Source of the DNA: Lytechinus pictus
Lineage: Eukaryota
Length of the DNA: 60,000 nucleotides
Direction of reading: 5' to 3'
Assembly: GCF_037042905.1 (NCBI RefSeq)
Contig: NC_087245.1
Location: 8,186,001 to 8,246,000, forward strand
Shown here: positions 36,401 to 59,000 of the stretch, piece after piece
Layout of the letters: each line of letters starts with the position of its first letter
Numbering within the stretch: the first letter of the stretch is position 1
The notes under the pieces: model-generated
Database searches by the model: none
What the model was told of the DNA's origin: nothing
The model's input: the letters and a program-made list of their open reading frames with translations, nothing else
Made by a program: the position numbers and the translations under genes

Positions 36401-36951
36401 ATTCAAGTCCTGCAAGCTGCAATCTCTTTGTTTTATATATTTCAACCAGGGCAGTGTAGAATGTACAAACAGCCTCAACTTGTCACTAAATTTCATATCC
36501 CTGGAAGATATTTATATTTGAAGAATTATTTGTAAATCTGCTCCACATCTTTTTCTGCCTAACATCTAAATCATGTAGAATAATGATATGACAGTTCGAC
36601 AGACGTATATTCTTTTCTCACATTGCTTAAAATCCAATGAAATTTTGTGTCTCGTGATATGGCTGAGGCCTGTGAATTACCAATTTGTTATTTCTGTGTA
36701 TGTGTGGTCGTGATTATGTTAGTGACTAGTTTTGTATTACCCAACAAGCACAAGCATATTAAGAAGATCTGGGTGTTAATTTTGCCTTACAAAAATTAAA
36801 TGCAGCAGTGTGTAGTATTTTGTCGACTTGTGATACACATATTCTCTAGTTTTCTTTTTAGAAGTACTAATTTAAAATTATTGTGTGTGTCCATTTCCCA
36901 GTCCTCTCCTGTTCCAGTGATAAGCAGATCTACCTGGGGGAAATCTTGTGA
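24461..36951 (+). CDS. SNRNP40: U5 snRNP 40 kDa WD40 protein, join(24461..24577,28309..28438,30398..30491,32769..32934,33384..33506,33883..34003,34407..34489,35494..35659,36902..36951), 349 aa
   Basis: MPVMDHKRKAEEGALVAVKRSK...|GPPRLSSMTAAIMLLTGHEGEIF...|LWNVYGECENY...|...GHTSFVNSC...GSDDGTIK|IWDTRKR...|VWDLRK...|RIWDVRPFASPERCVKIFQGHQHNFEK|NLLRCSWSPDG...RRILYKLPGH...|LSCSSDKQIYLGEIL*. All introns are GT-AG, phases are consistent, and the CDS totals 1050 nt. Confidence 0.97.
25848..25928 (+). pseudogene. Degenerate tRNA-like sequence (long variable arm, Ser/Leu type) or tRNA-derived SINE head
   Basis: A-box TAGCTCAGTGAGTAAGGCG, B-box GGTTCGAATCC and variable-arm hairpin TCGTT-ctgc-AGCGA. Acceptor and T stems do not pair. 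Confidence 0.5.
29292..30372. mobile_element. Non-autonomous TIR element in SNRNP40 intron 2
   Basis: Imperfect TIR CAGTCTATCTGCAAGCCC / GGGCTTGCCGACTGACTG, flanks CCGTT/CCATT, and an internal perfect 25-bp inverted repeat at 29688-29712 / 29955-29979. Confidence 0.65.
34671..34864. mobile_element. MITE fragment (Harbinger-like GAAACACCCC end)
   Basis: Imperfect IR TAAGTATGACTAAGAGTCGTACGTAAAT / ATTTAAGTGCGACTCTAAGTCATACTTA. The end CTTTGTGAAACACCCCC resembles the sequence near 8965-8978. Confidence 0.5.
35021..35419. mobile_element. Degenerate Kolobok-like non-autonomous element
   Basis: TTAA|TGGTAAAAGACAGTAGTTG at the left; CAACTGGTATTTATCT|TTAG at the right. Confidence 0.45.
35684..36163. 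mobile_element. Kolobok-like MITE
   Basis: TTAA|AGGGAAAGTTAACCTGAC...GTCAGGGTGAACTTCCCCTT|TTAA with long mirrored subtermini (GTGAAGGTTTG...TCAAAGAT / ATCTTTGA...CAAACCCTTCAC). Confidence 0.8.
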
Positions 36952-37264
36952 GGATATGAACCAAACAGAACTCTTGATATGGGAACTACTATAGTAGTGG
37001 AGGCATGACATCATTAAAGAAGAGCATTAAACTGGGTCAGATTGTGCTTCACATTGCTGCCTATATTTCAAGCTCAGTGTACTTCACAAGATAAATCATC
37101 CTGCTTCTGTATGATGAGGGAAAATGTCATGTTTCTTGTGAAAGATGGTGGATTGATTTTATTGTTTGACCATCTTGTGCAGAATCTGCTCCTTCAGTGT
37201 TACATATATGCCAAATGCATTTTGAGAGTTTGTAATTTAAAATGGAGCTTATATAAATTGTTTG

Positions 37265-37270
37265 AATAAA
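37265..37270 (+). terminator. Candidate SNRNP40 polyadenylation signal
   Basis: First AATAAA seen, about 315 nt after the stop, followed by GT-rich sequence. Confidence 0.5.
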
Positions 37271-37332
37271 GCTTGTTTTAGAGTGCATAACGAATCATGC
37301 ATCCCTTTCAGACTGCCTTGAAGGTGTTTCAT

Positions 37333-37647
37333 GGGCTCGTATCTTGAAGTCGGGCTTAATTTAAACTCTGGCTTAAAGTTGTAGATTAACTATGGATAGC
37401 CAATTGTGACATAAATATCTAACAATAAAGGTTCAATGTATCGGCTCATTTGACTCTCAAATCATTCTTAACTGTCAGGGAAGGATAAATAAGACAATTG
37501 TCTTCACCATTAAAGAATTAAGAAAGAGCACAATGAGCATAAGAAACACACCATATGAAAAAATTTTGACATGTTTGGCTTCCCATAATTTTAGCACAGA
37601 GTTAGACTATGGTCTATTAAGTTAAACCCGAGTTCCGAATACGGGCC
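37333..37647. mobile_element. MITE (Harbinger-like)
   Basis: Imperfect TIR GGGCTCGTATCTTGAAGTCGGGCTTAATTTAA / TTAAGTTAAACCCGAGTTCCGAATACGGGCC. Confidence 0.6.
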
Positions 37648-39489
37648 ATAGATTTTGAAAAGTCATTTATGGCTTTATGAATGACTTGGATGTGGTAAGG
37701 TAATAAGGTATTGGCCATGAATGTAGAAATTGAAAGCAGCCAGTATTGTCTAAATTTCTTGCTAGAGCTTAGTAAAAAAACATTGAAGAAATTGATTAAA
37801 TTATTTGAAATATGAGTCATCATATGCTCTTAAAATTACTTTTATATTCATTGTTAATACAGTTGTATACAAAATTTCAAAGATTTCAGAATAAAACATT
37901 TTGGAAAGCTTAGTTCTATAGAATACAAATAACCATAAAGTTAATTCATTAAAACTTATCTTCTTTTTTTGGGGGGACACATCAAATTCCAGACCCTTCA
38001 GCCCATAGTGAAATTATTGGTGTAAAATTAAGATGCTTCCTATAGATTCTATTGTGCATAAGGATCTGTGTGTCATGATATGCAGATGAATTACCTTTCC
38101 CATCGGTTTGTGCAAACTTTTGAACCAAAAGACTGCCCCAGTTGGAAATTAGTTATTTGAGTTTTCTTTGCTCTTCTTTTAAAACCCTATCCACAATCAT
38201 GTACTGGGTGCATTGTCATGGGAACATTTCTGCACTTCCCTCTTGAGGAACAATGTCATCAGGCTTTGTCATATAAGTTCAAAAATTTGGAAAGAAAAAA
38301 GTTGAACACAGTGTCCCCCCAAAAAAAAATCCAAAACAATCAAACTTTTGTATTTACATAGAGTAGACTGCATAAGTTAACATAAGTAGTCAAATAATTG
38401 CTTAACTAGAATAATTTATTTCAGACCAGACTTTGTAAAATATGTTTTAGTAATGTCTTTCAAGTCATATATCACCCACATTGAAAAGATTTCACTGCTT
38501 CCCAAACAATTTGACTTTGGAAGAGTCACCTTTTTTTAGTATTAATAGAAGTTCAATTTGTCAAGTCATGGCAGATTCAGCTTATACTGTACTTGATAAA
38601 TTGTAATTGTGCTCTGAAATCATGACTAGTATAAACAAGTATAATATTTTTTAGATTTGTTGGCAGGGGGTTATACTCTTTATTAGGAAATACATGTACA
38701 TGTGTTTCACAGTATCCTTGTTCAGATGTAAATATTGTGAATATTTCTTGAAAATTTGTAATAAAACCAGTTTAAAAAAAACAACAACTATGTATGCGTG
38801 TTTGGAATGTTGTAATTGTGAGAAGTGGCTTAAGGCCAGGGACAATATATATAAAATCCTGCCTAATTGGCCACTAAAATGTCAAATTTAGAATTTTGCT
38901 TCCCTTGCTTACTAATTTCTTAGTGAGAGTTATAGATGATGATGAGCAACTACATAACTTACCAGGGTGTGACAATTTTTTTTTATCTTTTCACCAAATA
39001 ATGTACCATGATATTGATGGAACATTTGTGTTTATGATTATAGTAGGCCTACTAGTAACTAGTTAAGAAGATGAAAAAAATGTTAAAGAAATTTTCCCAC
39101 ACCTAAAACTTTTCTGTGAAAATTAGATTTATTCCACTGAGATGTGCATATAGTGAGCAAACACAAAAAGAATGTCACTTTTAAGACTTGTAAAGATTGG
39201 TTATGCAGTGTTGACAGCACGTTAAAGCATTTCTTGCACCATTTTCATAGTGCGGTCATCCAATTTTGACACAATGTTTAAATGCATCATATATTAGGCA
39301 TTTATTTTTTTCCCAGAAGATGAATAATGGATTTCATGACACCCAATTCAGGACATGATAATCAGAAGTGTCTGATATAAAGGTAGAATAGGGTTAACCA
39401 TAATAGCTAGACAAAATGTTGGGTAATTCAAGTACCGCATGTACTTGAGGGTCGCAATTTTTTCCTCAAAACTTTGCGCGAGACTTGAA

Positions 39490-39887
39490 CAGACCTGCCA
39501 ACCAGTACGTTTTTGGCGTATTTAGTATGTTTTTGCAACCAAATTACGGCAGTACGTTTTTTTTTTTTTTACAAAATCGTAATTTATTGAGAAAAATCAT
39601 CTCTATATGTCTATTTCATGAACCTTACACAAATATGGTTATTCGATCAATGTAATTTCAGGTAACTTGTTTTTTTTTTCAATCATTTTGTTAAAACCAG
39701 GGTGAGATATACACATGTTTAATTTTTTTTTTCATTTGCAAGAGCAGAGCGCATTTTAGCTTGCATGCAGCTTGAGTGCCGCGATGAGCAAGTGCGGCGC
39801 GCATTTTATTATGAAATACACTTATTTTGGGAAAAATACACTTTTATCACAGAACACACTTTTTCATTCCCAGGGTTGGCAGGTCTG
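39490..39887. mobile_element. MITE with CAG ends and 6-bp TSD CTTGAA
   Basis: Perfect 14-bp TIR CAGACCTGCCAACC/GGTTGGCAGGTCTG, with CTTGAA at 39484-39489 and 39888-39893. Confidence 0.85.
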
Positions 39888-42800
39888 CTTGAAAGAAAAA
39901 AGTAATGGAACAAGGCAGCACCATCTTTTTATATTACAGATATATCACTAAAAACGTGGGCGGAGGGATAAAAGATGATTAAGAGCAACAATAGAAGTAA
40001 GTGCTAAAAATGACTTGCTATATTGATTTGTAATACATCATTCCAAACATGATGCTTAGGAGTTATGACTATCGAAAAGTGTCAATTTTGCCCGAATTCA
40101 TGCTCACTTATGCACAGCTTGATTTTATTGATCTTGTTTTCACAGAAAAAAAAAGTGTAGGGACTCTCGTCAAGTTACATTGCTCAAAACCTTTTCATTA
40201 AAGCCCATCTTAAATTTTGGTGAATTAATTGATTATGTTCAAAGTTTGATTAAGGTACAATCTAAAATATGATATACATGGGTAACAATTTTAAAGTCTC
40301 ATGGATTTTAAACTGTTGGTCTCAAATTATTTGCTCACTAGTTTTTGGATATATCACCATTTCACGGATGAAAATTTCAGGATGTAATATTTGTATGCCT
40401 TTTGGCATCTAGTAGCTAAATCTATTAGATAAGTGTTCAAAGGGCCTTTATATATTTACCAAAAGAGGGAACTGAAGCCTTACCATCTAATTCAAATTTG
40501 TACAAAGAATTATTCACTAATAGTGATTATAAAAAGTGACTAGACTTCTTGAAAGATTCTAATGTAAGGACAGTTATCCACTATTATTCTCATTATTTAA
40601 TCTGTTTTAATATACAAGTTTTTTTAATCTATTTCCACAAGTAAAGAAAGGGGCATTAAATGTAAACAGAAAAGGGGAGTTTGGTTATTCAAAATTCAAG
40701 AATAGAACAGATAGGGCACATTCTTTATTTTTCATTTTATCATCAAAACAGGCAAAAATGAATAAAAATAACAGATGGGAGTGGGAAAAGGAACATGATT
40801 ATTGTTTTCTAGATTTTGTTTTGTTTGTTCCATATTGCCTTCTGTTTATTCTTGTACAATACTCCAAAGAATGCTTGTAGATACATGGACTATCAAATAG
40901 ACATGAGGGTAAAGGGTTGCACAAATGACTAGATACTTTATTGAAAGTCTTTATGCAGTGAGCTATTATTATATCATTTTTATTATATTCATATTACATA
41001 CATGTATTTATACAATAATTTGAAGACTAGATTTACAAAAGACATCAGAATTGACCTTTGTACCTCTCATGATTGTATCTATAATGACCATAAGTCACAT
41101 ACCTTTACACATTTGAACATATATGTACTTTGAACATTTCTTCAGGCAAATTCAAATGCTACATACCTTCAAAAAACATCTACTTTGAGCTGACATAGAG
41201 TTTCAAAAATCCAAAGATACATCAGTAGAATCATCCATATAAAGCCAACTGATCATGAAACATCACTTTTTTAGAATTCATTTCTTATTTTTAAATGTGT
41301 TTACCAGCAAATCATCAGGGATGTGACCCATTTAATGTGGCATTTATATCCACATCAACATAACAAGGTTGAGACTAAACTAAAGTATGATTAATAATGA
41401 GATCTCTAATGACTTAGTCAATGATGTAATCCAAAATATTTTCTTGTGCTATTTCTCATAAAAATAACACCCATTCTTGGGAATTTTAATGTTATGGAAT
41501 GTATGATGGATAGGGGAGGATCAGTATTTGACAACAACCTTCTTTTCATTTGCAATAGGATTATTATAGAGTTCATTGCATAACATAAAAGTGCTATCAA
41601 AAATTAGTCTGCTAACACAGACTCAAATATTAAACTATAACAAATAATGTCTGGGGAGGAGACGAGACTCCAAACAAAATGTGTTGAAGCAACGACAGTA
41701 CAATCTAGTCTCACTACTTCAGACTTGGCATTATACACAATGCAAAAACCAAGGTCTGTGCATGCAGACTAACCAAATCCAAAAAACAGTAACAGGCTCT
41801 GTAATCACAACATCTCCTGAATGAACACAAAACTTCAATGATAAATCAAATTTGTAGTTGCATGCATAGTGCTCAGCTACTACCAATTATCAACCAATCA
41901 AAATTAAGGATTCGAACTCTGCTACTAATTACAAATGTTTGTGTTCACTTTGAAACTTGATGTACTTTGTGTTCTGTTCATTCCAAGGCTGTAAATTCAT
42001 AGAAGCATTGCAAATAATTTAATTACATGTACACTTAACACAGGAATGATAAGCCCATTAATCAGGTTGTATTAATTTACACTATGTCTTACAGGATTAA
42101 CTTCAAGTCTAAGAAAAAAGTTCCTGAATGATCGCTAGTAGGGTCACAGGTAGTGAGAGCAAAATGCAAAGGTGATTTTGGTCATTCAAGAAAACTTATA
42201 AAGAGGTTATTACATATCACTTGTGACACACCACCTGTTTGAGGGCTATATTTCCACTTAATATTAGGCAAATTATTCTAACTTTAATCAATACTGGATA
42301 ATCTGCATCATCTTCTACTTAAACTATTGCATAGATAACACAATTACAAAGCAGATATAATCTAGTTGTTTGTGCTATGTTTTGATAAATGAGCTACATG
42401 TAACACTAAACACATGCAGCCAAGAATGGAAACATACTTAAATACACAAACAAATTACAAGTACTCATCACATTAAACAATAAGTGTTGACCTCTCTGTC
42501 TTTGATCTACTTTTGAGGATATTGTTCTTATTTCAAAAGAAACCGTTCCATGAACAACAGACTAGTAAATATAGGTCTCGTTGTTTATTATAACTTGTTT
42601 TCTTTTTCCTCAAAATGTAGAATAGAAGACAATATATAGTGACATGTTTGAAGAGGCGTGTGATCGATTGTATTGGATCTTATTAAAATGATGTGCTGAT
42701 AATTAGGTGAAATGATGAATGATACCAGTGTAAATAATTATGCATTGATATATAAGTAGGCCAGTACCAGTGACATGGCAGTCTGAGATATGATGATTTT

Positions 42801-45390
42801 AGAGGTGTAAGAAAAAAGAATCCTCACAAGTTCATTTTGCATGATAAAAAGATTGTTTTACACTGGACTTGGGCAAATGAAAATAATTACAATATTTCAG
42901 TACAGTTGTGTGTTCTCACACCTCACATAATTATGGCTGATGAATAACAGTCAAATTAAACCGATAAAGTTGGTGCAAATTAATCTGAATCCACTATAAG
43001 CACACCATCTTTGTTACAAACTTAAATAATTAAATAGCTGACAAATACAGAAATAGCCTACTAAAACTATCCTTGGCAAAGTTAGTAAGGTACATGTTCA
43101 TTACAAATTGATATAATAGTGATACTACTATAAAGAATATGGGCTCTGCAATAATTATAATTACAAAAATAGAGGCTTTGGCAAGACGATTCTTTTAATC
43201 ACGAATTCAAACAAGAAAATTAAATACAATCCACACATAAGCTACAGACATACTATAAGTTGTAATTCAGATAAATAGTCCTGTATTGTCACTTTTTGTT
43301 AAACTAAAATTCCATACAATATATTGGTATATACTGCTCTGCTCTGTATGACAACACATTATTTTACATTCATCTGATGTCGTGAAAGAGATAGTGAAGG
43401 TGTGTTAGAGACAGAAGGAGAAAGAGGGAATGCAAGAAGGGAAAGAGGGATATAGAAAGGGGTATGCCATCATGTATAATTTATACCCTGTGAAACACAT
43501 GGAGAAAAACAATGAAGGCTTATTCCGAATGCCAGTTATACACACGTTCATAAACTCTTTCAAATCAAAGATATTTCAAAGCACTTATGAGAGAACAGAA
43601 ACATAAGTAACATACATACGACTTCATCATGTGCCTAGTAACACATAATACACAAAGAAATGCAATGCCTTGTCATCACATTTGTCTACAAAATAGAAAT
43701 GTATCTGTTTGATTTGGAACAATTATTATTACCACCTTTTTGTAATGTTGATTTCAATATATTTTCCTTTAGGACCAATACAGATCATTCCTAAAACCAC
43801 AATGTACTCAGAAAAGTGGTTATGAAATTTTTGTTTTGAGTTATCCTTTTCCTTACAAAAACACAGTAAGTATTTAAAATTAAATGTGGTAAGGTGGTAG
43901 AAAAATTTGCTAACAAGGCAGCCTTACATGTATTTTTCAAAAATAAAACACAATTTTCCAGTTGCCATAAAGCAAACCTTGTTAGGATGGAGTGCTTCCC
44001 TCCCATTCTTTTCTAGCCCTAAAAGAGGGCACTATATTCCACCATGAATACAGAACATCTATAAAAAAATCAAAACATTTATTTTTTTAATAATCATTTT
44101 GTTCATTTTAGGGCTGTAAACTAACAACACATAAATAGCAGACATAGATTTTAGCTTCATGCGGCCTATTTAAACCACTGTAGTTTGGCCCTGTCGTTTT
44201 CCTCATGAAATACCAGAATTATTAATTAATAAACAATGATCTTAAACAACATGAAAAGCTGAACTGTTCCACCCATTTTAATGAGAGTACAAGAGAAAAT
44301 AAGCTTGCAAAGGATGATTCAATTTCATCAACATCAAATTGGTCCGTTTCCAAAGCTCATTTGAAAGTTGAAACAACAACAGCTGCTCTAACTTCATCAA
44401 GCCAATCAAACACAATCACAGTACAAGCACATGAATCATTGACTTATCAGTTTACAAGCTTACCTTTCAAATTCATTCTTTGTCATTGATCCACATTTGA
44501 ACTTTAATTCTTTCAAATCACTCTAAACTACAAACCACTCATTAATGACTTGGGTCATTTACATTACAAATTCATTCCTCTTCATCAATTTGAAATCCAT
44601 ACAAAAAAGGTTCCTCTGAATAACTTACAAATGCCTCAGTAATATTTCTTCTTAAGCTGATATTTCATCTGATAAGCATTACATGAGGAAAGAAATTATT
44701 GACTTTAACAACCTGAGATTCTAACCAGAATTCTAAAATCATCAAAGAATTGTACACACTAAAATTGCCAGATGCCTCGAGGGCCTTCAATAGCAAACTG
44801 AGATTCTAACTTTGAAGGAGGAAATTTATACCCCTACTCACAACCAACTATTCACATCTTGGACTTTTTCTTCTTTTGGACCCCACAAAGGTGATCAATT
44901 CTGATGCTAATGGTAAAGAAGAAATCTTTCCCTAGATGATGATTGGGTCCCAGGGAGCATGTCATGAAAAAATAGTCATTTTCACGTGTTATTATAATCC
45001 TTGAATCTGAATGGCTCAGAGCAAGTTTGTCAGTGAAAATTACTGATAAGATACTTCATGAAACACTTTTGGGGAAGTCTTTTATTGTCTATCAGAATCA
45101 TTTCCAGATGTCAACACTCACAGTCCCTTTCTATCAATTAACAATGATAATGATGGTGTCTCATATAACCATGTTACTTCATTCACACAGATCACAGCTG
45201 GCAGCATTCTAGAAAATCTGGTGGTCCTTTCCAACTCACCTGGGTGAACGTAGCTCACACACACAATGAAGGACCGTCAAATGATTTTGGGGCAAAACAT
45301 TTTAAACACTTGGTAAAAACCCAGCGATTTAACCACTGCACCAGGACAGATCTTGTCAGCTGGAAGTCCTCTTGGCTATTCCACTGATGT

Positions 45391-53944
<8,554 letters not shown>

Positions 53945-54123
53945 CTGAAATGACAGAAATAAAAATCAATGATGGTTTTATCAACATACATGTACATGTA
54001 TAACTGTGTGTAATGAATTTTCTTCAGCGACTCAAGGTTTATCTTTAAAAGCAGGGGATGAGGTAGGAGGCAAAAAATCTCTCATCACATCTAATTTTCA
54101 AGACAAATCCAGAATATATATCT

Positions 54124-55292
54124 AACAAGTGGAACGCCTCTGGCAGTCTCGGCTGCATTACGCGATTTAATATAGCAGCAGTGCTAACTTTCAAAACTAC
54201 TATAAAATAATCATTCACAAAAACACCATTCATATAATGACATAATACCACGTTCATTGACCATAAATGACATTTGAACGGTGACTTGAGACTTGTCAAC
54301 TACACCCATGTCCACATTTCATTCACTCTATCTATAAACTTTCAAAGTTATGATGGCAATTCAACAATTACCCCAACATGGCCTAAGTTTATTGACCTTA
54401 ACTGACCTTTGACCTTGGTTTTGTGACCTGAAACTCACAGGGGATGTTCAGTGATACTTGATTACTCTTATATCCCAAGTTATATGAACTAGATCCATTA
54501 ACTTTCAGAGTTAGGATGGTAATTCAACAAATACCCCCAACACAGCCAAGGTTCATTGACCTTTAATGACCTTTGACCATGGTCAGGTGACCTGAAACTC
54601 GTACAGGATGTTCAGGATACTTGATTACTCTTATGTCCAAGTTTTATGAACTAGATCTGTAAACTTTCAGAGTTAGGATGGTAATTTAACAAATACCCCC
54701 AACACGGCCAAAGTTCATTGACCTTAAATGACCATTGACCATGGTCATGTGACCTGAAACTCGCACATGATGTTTGCTAATACTTGATTAACCTTATGTC
54801 CAAGTTTCATGAACTAGATCCATAAATTTTCAAAGTTATGATAGTAATTCAACAAATACCCCCAACTTGACCAAAGTTCATTGACCCTAAATGACCTTTG
54901 ACCTTGGTCACGTGACCTGAAACTCAAGCAGGATGTTCACTAATACTTGATTAACCTTATGCCCAAGTTTCATGAACTAGGTCCATATACTTTCTAAGTT
55001 ATGATGTCATTTCAAAATCTTAACCGAAGGTTAAGTTTTTGAAAATAATTCTCCCAACATGGTCAAAGTTTATTGACCCTAAATGACCTTTGACCTTGTT
55101 CGTGTGACCTGAAACTGAGGCAGAATGTTCAGTAATACTTGATTAACCTTATGTCCAAGTTTCATGAACCAGGTCCATATAATAAGTTATGATGTCATTT
55201 CAAAAACTTAACCTTAGGTTAAGATTTGATGTTGACGCCGCCGCCGTCAGAAAAGCAGCGCCTATAGTCTCACTCTGCTATGCAGGCGAGAC
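54124..55292 (-). mobile_element. Helentron/HINE-like non-autonomous element with ~6-7 internal tandem units
   Basis: Reverse-complement copy of the 10049-10957 family, with both ends intact and ~160-bp units GTTCATTGACC...TGACCTTTGACC...GTGACCTGAAACTC. Confidence 0.82.
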
Positions 55293-55471
55293 AAAAATCA
55301 ACCTTATTGGAATAATACTTTTGAAAATTACAACCGGGGAAGTGTTGGTGAAAACAGCCATGTACAATGTCATCATACATGTACTATAAATGTTCTGATG
55401 AAACAGCAAACAAGGGAATTTTCACAAATTATGCATAAAAAAAACAAAATTTCCATGACAATATTAATCAA

Positions 55472-56022
55472 AGGGTACTCCAGGCTGAAAATAATATGAT
55501 TTGAACAAATAAAGAAAAATCACACAAACAAATACCGGTATGTACTGAAAATTTGATCAAAATCGGAAGAGAAATAAAGCTATGGCATTTGAAAGAGATG
55601 CATTATTGTCTTCATGAATATTGAATGAGCAAACTGATGTCATATCCCCACTTGTCCTTTTGTATTAAAATCATGAAATTAGGTTTGTTCAAGTTTTTTC
55701 TTCCAATAAGACAACTGAAAGTGCATTAGACATCCATTGCTGCAACTAATTTCATAAACGAAACATATCATTCACACATGTATGAAAAAATGAAACAATT
55801 ATGATTCCATGTAATAACACAAGAAAAAGAAAGTGGGGATGTCACATCATCAGCCCATCTACATACTATGTAGTGAATATTCATGACGACATGCTGTTTT
55901 AACTAAATATTGCTATTGCTAACTAAAATTCAATAACTTCATTGTTTGCCATCAGATTTTGATGAAATTTTCAGCATTTTGCTCTGTGAATTTTACTTTA
56001 TATTTCCATCTCAGAGTACCTC
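55472..56022. mobile_element. Kolobok-like MITE (degenerate)
   Basis: TCAA|AGGGTACTC...GAGTACCTC|TTAA, sharing the subterminal CTGAAAATTT(G/C)ATCAAAATC motif with 3614-4214. Confidence 0.7.
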
Positions 56023-59000
56023 TTAAAAAAAAGGTACTTTAATAGCAAGGATTACAACCCCTAGAAACATGAGAGAAGAAGAAGACTGAGCTGAATGATT
56101 TACAATTCAATGAAAATAACTAATGACTGATAAGGAGGAAGTTCAAGAAACTTTTGGCAATCTGCATATTTGTGTGAGCCTACATACAAGTTCCCGTATA
56201 ACCATAGTTTCATATAATACACACAGGAAGGATGTTTGATCCGAAACAACACCTCATGTCAATCTAGTGAGCTCTATACATGTATACAATTCATCACATG
56301 ACTATCATTCTGTATGTTCAGCCCCCCCCCCCCCCACAAAAAAAAATGAGTTGACAGTCAACTGGACAATCGGACAAATTTTGAATTGGAATCAGATTTT
56401 ACGCAAATCCTGTACATGTACAGTAATACAGCCATTATGAGATCTATGAGACTCCCATAGGCTGACAAATGAAAAACATAAGACCAATTACCAGTTGGGT
56501 GCTGGTTTTTATCAAGTTAATTCTGATTGGGGGCTTTCACTTTTAATGGGAAGTTCATTTCCCTCAAAAAAAAAAAAATAATAATCTAAGAGAAATAAGA
56601 GAAGAGATATACACGTATTTGAATACTTGATATGACATTGTCTCACAAGTCCTGACCTGTGCAGTGAACAATAAATCCATTAACATAAAAATACATGTAA
56701 TTGTAATGCATAAATCCCATCCCATATTTGTGATCCCTTTCAGACGAAATTGTGAGTGTTTTGCCCATTTAAGGTCTTTAAAATTGTTTATTTTAGGTTG
56801 GATACGCTTTCAGTGAAAAGGTAAAACATATTGTATGTGCAGGCATTAAACACATGCACTTGTAACATAGATAGAACAATTAATGTGAGATCCCACATTT
56901 ACATGTACTCTAATCAATTCCCCTTTGAATTGCATTGGTAAAGTGCATACGTTATATTGACCCAGCTGATTTGAAAAGCAAATATTACAATTGCCACGCA
57001 GACAATACCACAATACAATAACAGTATGAATGAGTTATCTCCATAGTCTACGGTAGCCAAAGTAATTTCTAGTTAGGCCTACATGTAGTTAGGCCTAACG
57101 ACATGTACATGTACATTGTACATGCATGGAGCAATGGTACAATGTACATGTAGGCCTAAACGGGGAATTTCATGAGATTATTTGTACAGTAGGCCTACAG
57201 ACTCTCAACCCTCTCTGAACTATTTTGCATTAAGTCTACATGCCTCACAGTTCACTCACAAGTAGGCTTAATTATTTTATTTCAAAAGAATATAAATTTA
57301 TGTAGAATTACCAGGTCCATAAGGGAAGGAACAGTACATCATACTGTAAAACTAAACATGTACAGTATGATAAAATGTATTGCATGCAACTAACACCCAC
57401 ACATTTATACCAAACTTTTGATTGAATTCTACGCCAGTGAGTCATAATGAGCTTTGGAGCTTGCTATATTGTGAATTACCAATTGTAATTTGTCACAATG
57501 CCTTGATCAGAACTTCTGCTAGCTTGTCTACAGGTACAAGCATTTTTCACCTAGACCAACTGATCCACATGCAAAGCTGCATGTACAATACTATGCATGT
57601 ACCCTGACTGTACTATGTGCAGACAATAAATTTTAATTTACACATTTGTATGTAAATATGTGCACCTTTGGTTATTTCTGTAATATTTATCGTTTGAAAT
57701 ACATTTTCAATTTTCAATATTTCTGTATATTGGCAACATGTATTTCATGTTTAATTGATGTTTTTTAATGTTGAAAATCACTAGTCCTTGCTGAGCTTTT
57801 ACTTGATTTCTAAAGGCCCTATACATGTAGTATACTTTTGTACATGTACATGTATCATATTATTATTTTCGGGGGGGGGGGGGTAATGGGGTATTTTTTT
57901 CTCAGATTTTTCATCAATAAAATCATTTATTTCTTTATATTTTTTTGGTTTATTTATCTATTCATTTATTTTTGTTTGTTTATTAATTCCATCTATTATT
58001 TATTTACTTCATTTTTTTTTTTTTTGGGGGGGGGGGGCAATTTGAAAATATGAAGGGGGCATCATACAGACACATGTATAGTGTATAGACCTATGCATGC
58101 CCTACAAATCATTGTGAAAAATCTAATTCATCTTCATACCAATTTGGATTAAGACAATTCAAGTGGATATAAAATGAGCTTGACCTATACCACAAGACCA
58201 TGGATTCAAGAAGCGAATGAGTGACCTTGAACACTGTTGCCTTTGGACTTGTACTTGTGCAATGTTTGGGATTGTTTTTTCCTTACTTATGCTAAAACAG
58301 TTAAAGGGTTCAGTCCCATTTGTATCCATGGATGTATCAGTAGGCCTGCACATAATTCTCATACACCAATTCATGACTTGAATCTTGATATATATGCACT
58401 GCATTCAGTGCATTGGACAAATAAATGCAATCTTGAGGGAGAAAATTAATCAAACCCTCATGTACATGTATACATGTGTACGTATGCATTACAATCTACA
58501 TTAAAGGTTATTGATGCAGATTCGTCCTGACATTGACCCATCCATGCTCTCTCTCTCTCTCTCTCTCTCTCTGGAAATGGTCTCCATTCATAGACTACAT
58601 GTACAGTACATTGTATTAGAATGGGTAGGGGGTGGATCAACAGGAAGCTTTCTCATCGACTGTGGTTTAAACCAGGTGATAAATTCCTTGCTCTATCTGG
58701 CATTAAAGGGTTCGGTCAAGCAAGGTCAAAATTATAGAGTAGGCTACAAAATTAAAAATGGTCAACAACCTACAAATAAATTGCTGACTTCTGGAATACC
58801 ACATCAATAGCAAAACAGACCTGTGATGTGTGAGGCACATGTAACCCTCTAGCAAATCATCATTTTGTTAGCAAGGCCAAGTAAAAAAGGAAAGTATTTG
58901 ATCGTCTGGGGTTTTTGAGAGCAGTGATAAGGGAGGTCCTTACTATTAGCTATTTTACTATTTTTTAAAAAACAAGGAGACATTTTCTCGGCCCGTTTTT

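Noticed and set aside
58159..58404. Minus-strand ORF as a candidate upstream PI4KB exon
   Set aside because: No similarity to the PI4KB helical domain expected before CKSSIDF; the upstream exons are presumably beyond 60000.
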